Shown one piece after another: positions 11,757 to 20,869 of a stretch of 64,000 nt of DNA. Numbering within the stretch: the stretch's first letter is position 1; every line of letters begins with the position of its first letter. The notes beneath the pieces were generated by a model. The model was not told where the DNA came from and ran no database searches. It saw only the letters and a list, made by a program, of their open reading frames with translations. The DNA is from Takakia lepidozioides (Eukaryota > Plantae > Bryophyta), in NCBI GenBank assembly GCA_030704615.1, contig CM060731.1:38936001-39000000 (forward strand). Direction: 5' to 3'. Both the position numbers and the translations under genes were made by a program.

Positions 11757-13287
11757 TGTGGTCTACTATCACGTGGCGCCCCGGGACCGTGGCCACGTGG
11801 CAGCAGTGGTGCTCGTCGTGGCGCCGCCACGTCGGCATCCACATCGTCGTCCACGTCCGCGTCCATGTGTCACCGCGCTTCAGTGAGTCGGTCCACTCAT
11901 CCGGAGGGAAAAGTCAAAGTCAGCCCAAAAGGTCAGACACACGGGCGGCCCGCCTGGTTACGCCACGTGGTTCTTCAACATTAATCGCATTAATCGCTGA
12001 GCAGTTGTTCGCGCGTCTTCGTCCTTTACCACTCCAATCATTGGATGTCCAACCCAACTACCACGTCTGTTGTAACTTCCAGTCGATCCCAGTTTTTTGA
12101 CTTTTACGACTCAAAATGAGTCGTTACCCCAGTGGTAAATGACACGAATGCTTCTAGTGAGTCGTAGTGCGGCTTCGGCGTGTTCCCGTACCTCAGGCCA
12201 GCATTCCAAGGCGGACCCAATTGTAGTGATTGGGGCGCATGGTTGGTTCAAGGTTATCTTCCTAGTAAAAAAGGGTTCAAGGCGAATCCTTGCTCAAGGT
12301 GATGCCAAAAGCGACATCACGAGCGGTCGCAAGCAAATGTTGTTGCAGTAAGGCGATTCGATCCTCGGGGAGGATCATTCCTTGGCCCTGAAGTGGGTCA
12401 AGAAGAGTGCACTGGGAGGAGCTTGAGAGGCTCCACCCTTGGCCGGGACTTGGAGGAAGTCGGCCGAACTAGCTAGTGGAGAGTAGAGTCAAGTGGAGGT
12501 TTGGTTCTTAACCATGGGACGCCATGGTGCGGAAACAAACTCCTTGATGTGGGACGCCACAACTTGGATGTTCGTTTCTACAAAATGGACAAGTCGATGA
12601 GGACATCGACTCCCTGTTGGTAGGGGTGTGTGTTGCGGCCCTTTGCCTTGAGGGCAGGGGGTCGGGACACGTGAGGGGCTGCCCCTGTGGTAGGGGTAGT
12701 GGCAACATTAGTTGCGGGGGCTGAAGCACCCTTGAGTGCCCAAGGCACTCAAGGAGGCGGAGGCGCTCACTAGGTGGAGCCCCGCACATCGGGTTGCGGT
12801 GGGGGTGGTTCCACAAGGGGTGGTGGTAGCTTAGTGGGACTTAGTGGGGGTGGCATAGGACTCACCATGGGGGCGGAGACCTTGTGGTGGGAGTCGTGGG
12901 GAGTCTTGGGACTCATCACGGTCCAATGGGACCGTGGTGGGTGGGCCAAGACTCACCGTGACTTATCACCGGGAATCGAGGGTTTTCGTGGTGGTTCGCC
13001 ATAAAATGGCATGGTTGTTTGTGAAACCCCCACGGACAGTCACAAAAGTATATATAGGGGAGTAGTAACCCCGAGAACGGTGCAAGCCCGTTGGTGTCTA
13101 AAAACTAGTGAGTAAGCGTGCGAGCCGGAAAGCGACCAAGGTGTGGGGAGCTATTCCGGACTGCCATCGACCAAAGGGAATGTCCACTAGGCCCAAATTG
13201 GGTGTCGTGCGCATACATATCGCTACACAACTACATCACTGTCCAAACCACACCACACATATATGCACAATAAAGTAGTCTACCACA
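11757..13287 (-). repeat. 3' LTR (~1.53 kb) of the gypsy element
   Basis: On minus strand PPT AGGGGGGCGA (13298-13289) precedes TGTGGTAGAC at 13287. Matching end ..GTAGACCACA at 11757 gives TGTGGT/ACCACA termini. TATA-like TATATATA at ~13049-13056. Confidence 0.75.
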
Positions 13288-13546
13288 ATCGCCCCCCTAG
13301 CTGGTGGATAGGTCCCTCTACCTCCAGATAGCTACAAGACGTAATAGCCATAGCCGTACTAAGTTCTCTATCACTGTCCCTATCGTACTCAAACTCTATA
13401 GACCAAGAGGCCGAGTACAAGAGTAGCCCCATCGTTGGTCGCCGTCTTGCAATCTGTGAACTTGAGCCAGGACTTCGTGTATTCAAGGTCTCCTGTAGCT
13501 GGGCCTTGCGTTGCTTGTTAGCCTCCCATGGTTGTATCCACTCCCA

Positions 13547-16500
13547 CTATCCAATGCATTGTGGACATAACCAATCCCCATCTGGAACCATCTCAAGAGG
13601 TGGAGTCAAGCACCCCATATGCCAACCTCTAGAGCATCGATCACACACCAGCATGGTGGCTGCCCCTTTAGCAGACCCACACAACATGCACCTCAAACCT
13701 GCAGATACCACTGCCAGGTTTGGGTCAATCCTGCCATCGACATTCGGAAGGTGACATGGCGCACAATTACGCACATGGTCCTTCCAAGTTATGCCATCCC
13801 GACCCTCCAAGACCAAGACGCCTGAGGGCAAGACCTCTCGAACCCTCAAAATAACACGTCCTGCAGTCACATCCAGGGTCGTAGGAGCAGTCTGCTGCAG
13901 ATAGACATAGTCACCAGGGTTGAATCTCCGAACCCCAGGACGATAGCCCCCACCACGTATGGTAGCATACCTCAACGTATCACGGTGTTGTGCAATGGCA
14001 AGGTTCTCGAAAGCCATGGGCATGACTCTCTTGAACAACTCTGCACGCTGCTCACATGCACGTGCCCACACGTCCGGATCGTCAAGGTTAAGAACTGTAG
14101 CAGCTTCTCTGCGAATGGATGTAGGCAAATCCGGCTCTCGGCCAAAGAGAAGAAAGTATGGTGAGAAGGAGGCAAGTGATGCTTGCTTGCTGAACCTATA
14201 GCCCATGGCTAACCAGGGTAACTGAAGGTCCCAATCTCCTAGGTGTCCCTTCTGCAAGCCATACTTGCGCAAACCCCTCTTTACTGTCTGAACAACTCTC
14301 TCTGCCAAGCCATCGGCCTCAGGATGATCCCGAGAAGTGGTGCGGTGGTCTATCAAGGCCTTGTCACACAAAGCCTGAAACTCCCCCAAGAACTCTCTCC
14401 CTTGGTCCGTGAGTACCTCAGCTGGAGCACCGAATCGGCTAAGCACACAATCCAGGAATGCATACGCAGCTCCCTCACTAGCCTTATCAGGCAATGGAAC
14501 CAATTCAATCCACTTGGAGAAGTGCTCCACCATCACCAACACGTACTTGTTGTGGCGCATGGTCAGTGGCAACGGCCCTGCGAAGTCAAGACTCCACCTG
14601 TAGCCCAATCCCATGATCGGAAGAGGGTGCAATTGTGGAGTAGGGGCGTTGAATGAAGCACGCACCCTGTCACACACCATGCACCTAGCCACAAATTGTT
14701 GCACCTCTGTGTGCATACCACGCCACCAATACTGCCCCTGCAGTAGGCTATGGGTGCGTCGCACCCCAAAATGCCCCAACTCCTCGTGGGCATGCCGCAC
14801 TAACCGTGCCCGCTGTGTTGGGTGAGGCACAATCCTCACTCGACCATCCTCCCACACTCGGAGCAGGTGTGTCCCCTCCCACTTGAACCTCTTGGCTCGT
14901 TGTAGGATCCGATCCTTCTCCTTGGCAGTCACAGTGGCTCCCGTGTCTCCAGTGCGAAGATAGTCCAACACAGCTGAATCCTCATGTATATCTTTGGCGC
15001 CACCTTGCTCATTGCTGGCCTCAGGGTCCTCAGACACTTGATCCATAGTCATCCCTGTTGCAGGTCCAACCTGGCCTTCCGCTGCCAAGATACACAGAAA
15101 TGCAGATGCATGCCATCCGGGCACCATCTCCTCGTCCGTCTCACCATGCCACCGAGCTCCAGTCTCATCCTGCTGGCTCGTGCATGGATTGCGACTCAAC
15201 CCATCTGCATTGCGATTGACCAAACCCGGTCGATGCACCACCTGAAAGTCATACTCTTGAAGGATGAGTGCCCACCGTGCAAGCTTCCCCGTAAGCTTGT
15301 CTGACTCCATCAACCACTTGAGTGGTTGGTGATCCGTGACAAGGGTGAAGAGATTGCCGTATAGATAGCACCTGAAGTGTGCCACGGCCCACACTGCAGC
15401 TAAGCATTCTCCCTCATATGAGCTATACTTAGACTCGGCAGCATTGTTCGAGCGGCTAGCATAAGCCACTACGAACTCTCTTCCCTCATCATCCACCTGT
15501 GTGAGCACCGCTCCAAGCCCCAGCATGCTCCAATCCGTATGCAGCTGAAAGGGACGCCCCCTGATAGATCGTCTCAAGATGGGCGCCGAGGTCAACCTCG
15601 CCTTGAGCTCTTGGAAAGCTTGTTCCTGCTCATCTTCCCACTGCCACTCCTGGTCCACCTTGGTCAGCTTGGTTAGAGCCTTTGCAATGGCACTAAATCC
15701 CTTTACAAACCGTCTGTAATAGTTTGCTAACCCCATGAAAGCTCGAACTCGGCTCACATCCGTGGGGCGTGGAACCTGTGCAATGGACTCTACCTTAGTC
15801 TGTTGTACCCCCAATCCTCCAGGATATATCATGTGACCCAGATACTCAATCTGGTTGTGGAAAAACTTGCACTTGCCCGAATGTAACTTCAATCCGTGCG
15901 TCCTCAAGCGCTCAAATACCCCCTGAAGGTGTCTCTCATGCTCCTCCACCGTAGCACTAAAGATGATGATGTCATCTATGTAGCACCGAGCAAACTCCAC
16001 CCCTGCTAGAATCCTATCCATGACTCTTTGAAACTCAGCGGGAGCGTTTTTAAGCCCAAATGGTAAGAACCGCCACTGGTATAGGCAATCCTTCCCGTGC
16101 TCATTGACCCCCCAGAATGCCGTCTTTTGCTTATCCGCCTCCTTGATCGGCAACTGGTGATATCCGGATCGTAAATCCAACGTGCTAAAGACCTTGGCAT
16201 GCCCAATGGCATCAAAGATCTCATCTGGTGTTGGCATGGCATACCTATCGGACTTGGTCTGACGATTTACAGGCCGGTAATCACCGCACATGCGTCTCTC
16301 CGTCCGATTGCCATAGACATCCTTCTTGGCTGGCATCACTGTGGCTGAAGCATACTCTCCACCAGAGAGCTCCACCAAACCTGCCTCCCAGAGATCTTGA
16401 GTCCTCATCTGAATCAAAGACCTCTCCATGTCACTGTATCTATAGGGTCTCCGAAAGATTGGCGTGTCAGTGGCCAACTCAATACGGATCTCTTGACCCT

Positions 16501-16567
16501 TCAGTGCTCCCAAGTCCTTCAAACTGAAGGCAAAGCAATTCCTATAAGCCCTCAGGAACCGCCGCAT
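13547..16567 (-). CDS. Pol polyprotein: reverse transcriptase, RNase H, integrase, C-terminal PHD finger
   Basis: Uninterrupted 1006 aa ORF: RMCGDYR, LDLRSGYHQ, PFGLKNAP, YIDD; RNaseH HTDWS..ECLA..TDHQPL..NADGLSR; INT H-x4-H..C-x2-C, SLDFAGP, LTDQG, DGLAER; C4HC3 PHD at 13690-13556. Confidence 0.95.
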   Translation of the reverse strand: MRRFLRAYRNCFAFSLKDLGALKGQEIRIELATDTPIFRRPYRYSDMERSLIQMRTQDLWEAGLVELSGGEYASATVMPAKKDVYGNRTERRMCGDYRPVNRQTKSDRYAMPTPDEIFDAIGHAKVFSTLDLRSGYHQLPIKEADKQKTAFWGVNEHGKDCLYQWRFLPFGLKNAPAEFQRVMDRILAGVEFARCYIDDIIIFSATVEEHERHLQGVFERLRTHGLKLHSGKCKFFHNQIEYLGHMIYPGGLGVQQTKVESIAQVPRPTDVSRVRAFMGLANYYRRFVKGFSAIAKALTKLTKVDQEWQWEDEQEQAFQELKARLTSAPILRRSIRGRPFQLHTDWSMLGLGAVLTQVDDEGREFVVAYASRSNNAAESKYSSYEGECLAAVWAVAHFRCYLYGNLFTLVTDHQPLKWLMESDKLTGKLARWALILQEYDFQVVHRPGLVNRNADGLSRNPCTSQQDETGARWHGETDEEMVPGWHASAFLCILAAEGQVGPATGMTMDQVSEDPEASNEQGGAKDIHEDSAVLDYLRTGDTGATVTAKEKDRILQRAKRFKWEGTHLLRVWEDGRVRIVPHPTQRARLVRHAHEELGHFGVRRTHSLLQGQYWWRGMHTEVQQFVARCMVCDRVRASFNAPTPQLHPLPIMGLGYRWSLDFAGPLPLTMRHNKYVLVMVEHFSKWIELVPLPDKASEGAAYAFLDCVLSRFGAPAEVLTDQGREFLGEFQALCDKALIDHRTTSRDHPEADGLAERVVQTVKRGLRKYGLQKGHLGDWDLQLPWLAMGYRFSKQASLASFSPYFLLFGREPDLPTSIRREAATVLNLDDPDVWARACEQRAELFKRVMPMAFENLAIAQHRDTLRYATIRGGGYRPGVRRFNPGDYVYLQQTAPTTLDVTAGRVILRVREVLPSGVLVLEGRDGITWKDHVRNCAPCHLPNVDGRIDPNLAVVSAGLRCMLCGSAKGAATMLVCDRCSRGWHMGCLTPPLEMVPDGDWLCPQCIG

Positions 16568-16722
16568 ACGTCGTCTCTCTCCTCCGGTGACAATGGGTCC
16601 AATGTCAGGCTCCCAATTGTCCTCCGTAACTACAACCTTAAGTCCAGTGGGCTTAGAGGTAGAGGACGCGTCCCGTGGTTGCTATGCTGCAACCTCTTGA
16701 GCAATACTCCCTTCCTGCTCAG

Positions 16723-17511
16723 TCACTGCCCCATCATCTCATCATTGAGAACCTCCTCAACTCGAGAAGAATCCCCAACCTCATCCATCACAGCTGCTTT
16801 GGCTGCCAACTCCCTCTGGACCTCTAGTGGTAGTGCTGCTCCGCACATAAATCCCATGCCTCCCATATCTCCTCCCTCAGGAGCAGGAGGTGGACCATCC
16901 CGCCTGGGAGCCGGTACCGCCTGAGCTATAGCCATGGCAGCGAGCCTCTGCTCTAGCTGTTGAAGCCGATTGGCCATGCCTTGGTCAACACCCTGACCTC
17001 CGCGTCCTTGGCCATATGGAGCTTGCCCTTGGCCTGCACCTCGTGCCCGACCACCTCGTCCTCTTTGGGCTGGTCCACCTCGCCCCCGGCCACCATTGTT
17101 CCCTTGGAACTGGCCTGGGCGCAACTCAGGATGCAAGTCATAACACTAGGCATCTCCATGCCCATACTTGCCACAATGCCCACATTGCAACTGTGCAGGC
17201 TGTGCTTGTGCCGGCCTTTTGCCACTCTCTGGGCAATCTCTCTTGACATGGGGTCCTCCACATGTCCAACATATCACCCCTGGTTGTTGTTGGCCTGCAA
17301 AAGACGCCACGGGCCTCTGCACCTGAGGTCCCCTGTAAGCTCCATGGAACTTGGGCTGGGCAGCCTTGCCCCCCTGACCACGCTGTTGGGCAGTCCCTTG
17401 TGTCTGTGGGCTGACAGCTGTGCCCCGTGCAGGCATGTCCTTGCCAAATCCAATTGTAACAACTCGCTCCACCTTGGATATTTGAACAATCTAAGCCGAG
17501 AGTGAGCTTGT
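16723..17511 (-). pseudogene. gag C-terminal remnant with two zinc knuckles
   Basis: CWTCGGPHVKRDC and CGHCGKYGHGDA*CYDLHPELR followed by an RGG-rich tract. In-frame TAG at 17493-17491 and 17148-17146; frameshift toward the pol frame near 16740. Confidence 0.8.
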
Positions 17512-18787
17512 CTTGTTGGAAGCCATGGCCTGCAAATTCACCACCTGAACAACACACTGCATATGCCTTCTGGATATACCCCCACAGCGCACCTCTGGAA
17601 CAACTGGCACAAGACCTTCCTCTGGGATGTGAGGCTGCAGTCGACCTGCAATAGATTGCGGCCAGACTGGAACAGTCCCACCTGCACTCTCAGCAGGCCG
17701 TCCTGATGTGGATTCAGCTGTTGAGTCCAAATCACCATCCAGGCCTTGCACAGGCCGAGTAAACATCAGCCTCTCTGGTAATCCCTGACTGGCGAGTGGG
17801 TTGCTACCATGAACCCCATTTATGGACTCCGTGGGAGATGGGGGAGGCAGGGACGGTGTGGCTTGGTCAGAGTCCTCAACAGAAGGATTATCTTGGTGTA
17901 GAATGGATGCAGCTGCCTTCCGTTGGGATTCCGTTGGCATGGTTGGTACCAGCTGATCTCGGTTAGAACTTCCTGATTTGGCCCTGACAACCACCCTGTG
18001 TACATCCATTCTTTCATGGAGGGGGCCCCCTGTGCCTGACACTTCGAGTGTTTCTCCTAATCCCTCTTCCATCCCATTGGCCAGTATAGCTTTCAAAGAC
18101 GCCTCTCTCTCCCACATCTCTGTTAGTGATGCTTGCAACCGCTCTTTGGCAGCTGCAACCTCCACAATTGGCCTGGGATAATTTGCTCCTAGCTCAATTC
18201 CTGCAGCCCGAAGCACGCTTGCAGAAGCATCCCATGGATGGTGGATCCACTCAGTCGGCAATCTAGCGAGTTCTGGCAACCACCGTCGAACATACTCTCC
18301 CTCTGGATCAAACTTATATCCTTCAATCTGGGGATTTTCCATCCTATCCAGCTCGTGGCCATCTGGCAGACTTCCTGAAATATATTGCCAACCAAGAACA
18401 TCGCACTCTAAATCTGCATCCAAAAGGGTGTCCCAGAAGTACTTCATCCCCCACCTCCAAGGTAGCTGCAAAAACTTCACACAGAAGCTAGAAACCACAA
18501 TGCGTATACGATTGTGCAACCAGCCTGTTGCCCAAAGCTCCCGCATCCCCGCATCCACCAAAGGATATCCTGTGCGCCCTTGTCTCCACGCCTTGAAGTA
18601 ACCCTCATCCACCCGCCAGGGGAATGATTTCAAGTTGGCAAGAAGTGACCTCTCATGTGTGAAAGGGAAGTTGAAACAGAGGTATCTCGAGTATTCTCTA
18701 AAACCAATAGCCCTCAGAAACAAGTTTGCACTCTGGTCACCCACAGTGCTGCCCTCCCGAGCCCAGGCTACCTGTTTGCTTGCGGAC
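17512..18787 (-). pseudogene. CRY1: Intron-less cryptochrome fragment: FAD-binding domain plus CCT/DAS region
   Basis: KQVAWAREG..FLRAIGFREYSRY..WRQGRTGYPLVDAGMRELWATGW..LDADLECDVLGWQ..DPEGEYVRRWLPEL, then DQLVP, STAES and GGTVPVW motifs. Frame is open. Similarity to moss CRY1 (recalled) ends at MASNK. Confidence 0.92.
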
Positions 18788-18788
18788 G

Positions 18789-19143
18789 GCTCTTGCGTCT
18801 TGTCGCGCTACGGAGGGAGGACGAAACCCAGGTTTTCTACAATCATCTATACGACCCGGTGTCGCTTGTCCGGGATCATCGAGTGAAGCAAGGGTTGTCT
18901 CACCATGGAATTTCTGTCCATACATTCAATGGAGATTTGCTGTACGAACCCTGGGAGGTTTATGATGATGAAGGGCAGGCGTTTACCACCTACAACGCTT
19001 TCTGGCAAAAGTGTCTGAACATGCTCTACGAGCCTGAAGCGCCACTTCTACCTCCAAGGCAGTTAGTGGGACCTCTAGGCAAACTGTTGAGCTGTTCAGC
19101 TGAGGAGCTAGGGCTCGAAGATGCTAGCGAGAAGGGCAACAAG
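18789..19143 (+). pseudogene. CRY1: Inverted upstream cryptochrome fragment (photolyase-like alpha/beta domain end and linker)
   Basis: TQVFYNHLYDPVSLVRDHRVKQGL..FNGDLLYEPWEVYDDEG..PEAPLLPPRQLVGPLGK..AEELGLEDASEK, on the opposite strand to the adjacent C-terminal part. Confidence 0.92.
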
Positions 19144-19259
19144 TGATGGAGGAGAGATGGAAGAAGCTGCGGCAGAAGTTAGAGGGCAGCACGCGCTTCG
19201 CTTTGCCTGATTATGACCCCTTACACTGTTCCTTCTTGGGAAAGATGTTTCGGCCCAAC

Positions 19260-19760
19260 CCAGCTTTTGTATGGCCGCGTTCAACCAGTTCTTCACCTCA
19301 GATACAAACCAGCTGCCCCCTGAGCCAGGTTGGCACCAATTACAGACTAGGTTGCACACAAAAACATTGGAGGAGTGAACTTCGTTCCTTTTCTCAACTG
19401 TGCATCACCAGTCGCAATCCATAGCAACAGCCCTTTCATAAGGAACAGAGACACAAGTCCCCAAAGAGCACATGAAACCACATGCAGGTGAAGGTGATCT
19501 GCCTACAATTTGCTTGTCACAGCCTTGAGGCAACAGCCACAACATACCCATTGGACGGAGCAGAAATGGTCTTGTGCATTTCAGAGCTTTCCTGGAGAAC
19601 TCGTCTGACCATCCTTCTGCTACAATTGTGCATGTTGCTTGTACTAGATTGTTGCAGAAGCTACCGCAAGTGGACAGAGTGGCATTTAGCATTTGCAGCT
19701 GACCCCTACAACCTCGCAAGCATCTTGTCAAGAAAGCTGATGCATTCGGTAAAGCCACGT
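19260..19760 (-). pseudogene. Possible degenerate F-box gene fragment
   Basis: Across frames: LP..LDKMLARL*..CHSVHLR*, then MKGLLLW and VFVCNLVCNW. These resemble the F-box motif and the GLL..FVCNP motif of plant F-box proteins. Highly degraded. Confidence 0.3.
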
Positions 19761-20739
19761 TGCGCTGTGAACTGCCTCCACAGCTGAGCCTCTGCTTCAT
19801 TCAGTCTGGCAACGCCATTCTCTTCCCTGCAACAAAATCTTCTGCATCGTCCTCATCTCCTCATCGCAGAAGGGTGTGGCAGACGAGAACTCTCATGTCG
19901 CCACTGCTTAGGGCTGCTCCACGGACCTCAAAGCAGATTGATCAAGATTGCCCACACCAGTACAACCTGACGCAGGCCCTTCTGAAGATGTCGCAACAAA
20001 CTACAAACTGACTCGCTCACAGCCTCAAAAACACGGTAGCGGCTGTCAGCTCCAAGATTGAGTCCCTAGCATAGCTTGAATGAGACGCATAGTTGTGGTT
20101 GAGAGCCTTGGACAGACGAAAAGACCCGACTTCCCCAACAATGCAAGAGCCCACAGAGAAAATAGAAGAATGTGGGGATCTGCATATCTCTTGGACTCAG
20201 TACTCCACTAGATGACCCAAAAGACTGAGGACAGAGTACGGTCGCTGTGCAAACTAGAAACAACGTCCGTGCTTAGTCCACTGCTCGTAGCAACAGCATT
20301 CCATTGCTTGCTGCATCAGTATTGACCCCTTGCACATCTAGCTTCCAGCGAGCCTTGGCTACTCCTTCAAACGTGATAGCGTTGCTCCTTCTGCTGGGCA
20401 GACTCATAGATTACCAAGTTATATTATAATAGTGCTAAAAAAAAACATCATATCTAGCTTAGCACTAGAAAACTAGATAGCTCATCTCTCTCGAGTGAAA
20501 AGAAAGCTAACAAATGACACTGCTCTCCACACAAGAACAATGTGAAATCCAAAACCATCACTCTTTAAAACAGTAGTCGAGCCAGGGGCACCCCAAGCTA
20601 TGGGGACTCCACCCCACAACAACCTACACTCCCATCATGAGTACACTCAGATCTAAACGCACACAGGAGCTCGGTCGCGCAGGCTCAACTCGAGAGAGAT
20701 GAGCTGCGCGACTGCCGCTCTCGTGAAGATAAGACGGAC

Positions 20740-20811
20740 CAGGTGTCAAACTAAACTTGACACCTGATTTAACACTTGACCTAAATCCAAGTGTTAAATA
20801 CAAATAACTAG
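20740..20811 (+). repeat. Two adjacent perfect hairpins followed by CTAG
   Basis: CAGGTGTCAA/TTGACACCTG (20740-20766), ATTTAACACTTG/CAAGTGTTAAAT (20767-20799), CTAG at 20808-20811 followed by T. Confidence 0.7.
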
Positions 20812-20869
20812 TTTTATGCTAGCTGTTTTCACACTGTGCTTATTTAACTTGACATGGGAGAGGGTCTTG

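Larger units (their letters stand above)
11757..17511 (-). mobile_element. 5'-truncated Ty3/gypsy LTR retrotransposon (non-chromovirus type, PHD-finger integrase)
   Basis: Order on minus strand: gag C-terminal part, RT, RNaseH, INT, PHD, PPT, 3' LTR. No second LTR or PBS in the window. Confidence 0.9.

Noticed and set aside
13280-13549. Pol frame stays open ~88 codons past the TAG, and the gag stops are also TAG: possible programmed readthrough
   Set aside because: No recognisable domain in the extension and no readthrough context. TAG is the expected product of CAG/TGG transitions in methylated transposons.
17491-19146. A functional full-length cryptochrome gene
   Set aside because: The two halves are on opposite strands; the N-terminus, a ~60 aa internal segment and the extreme C-terminus are missing; the ORF-track start is GTG.
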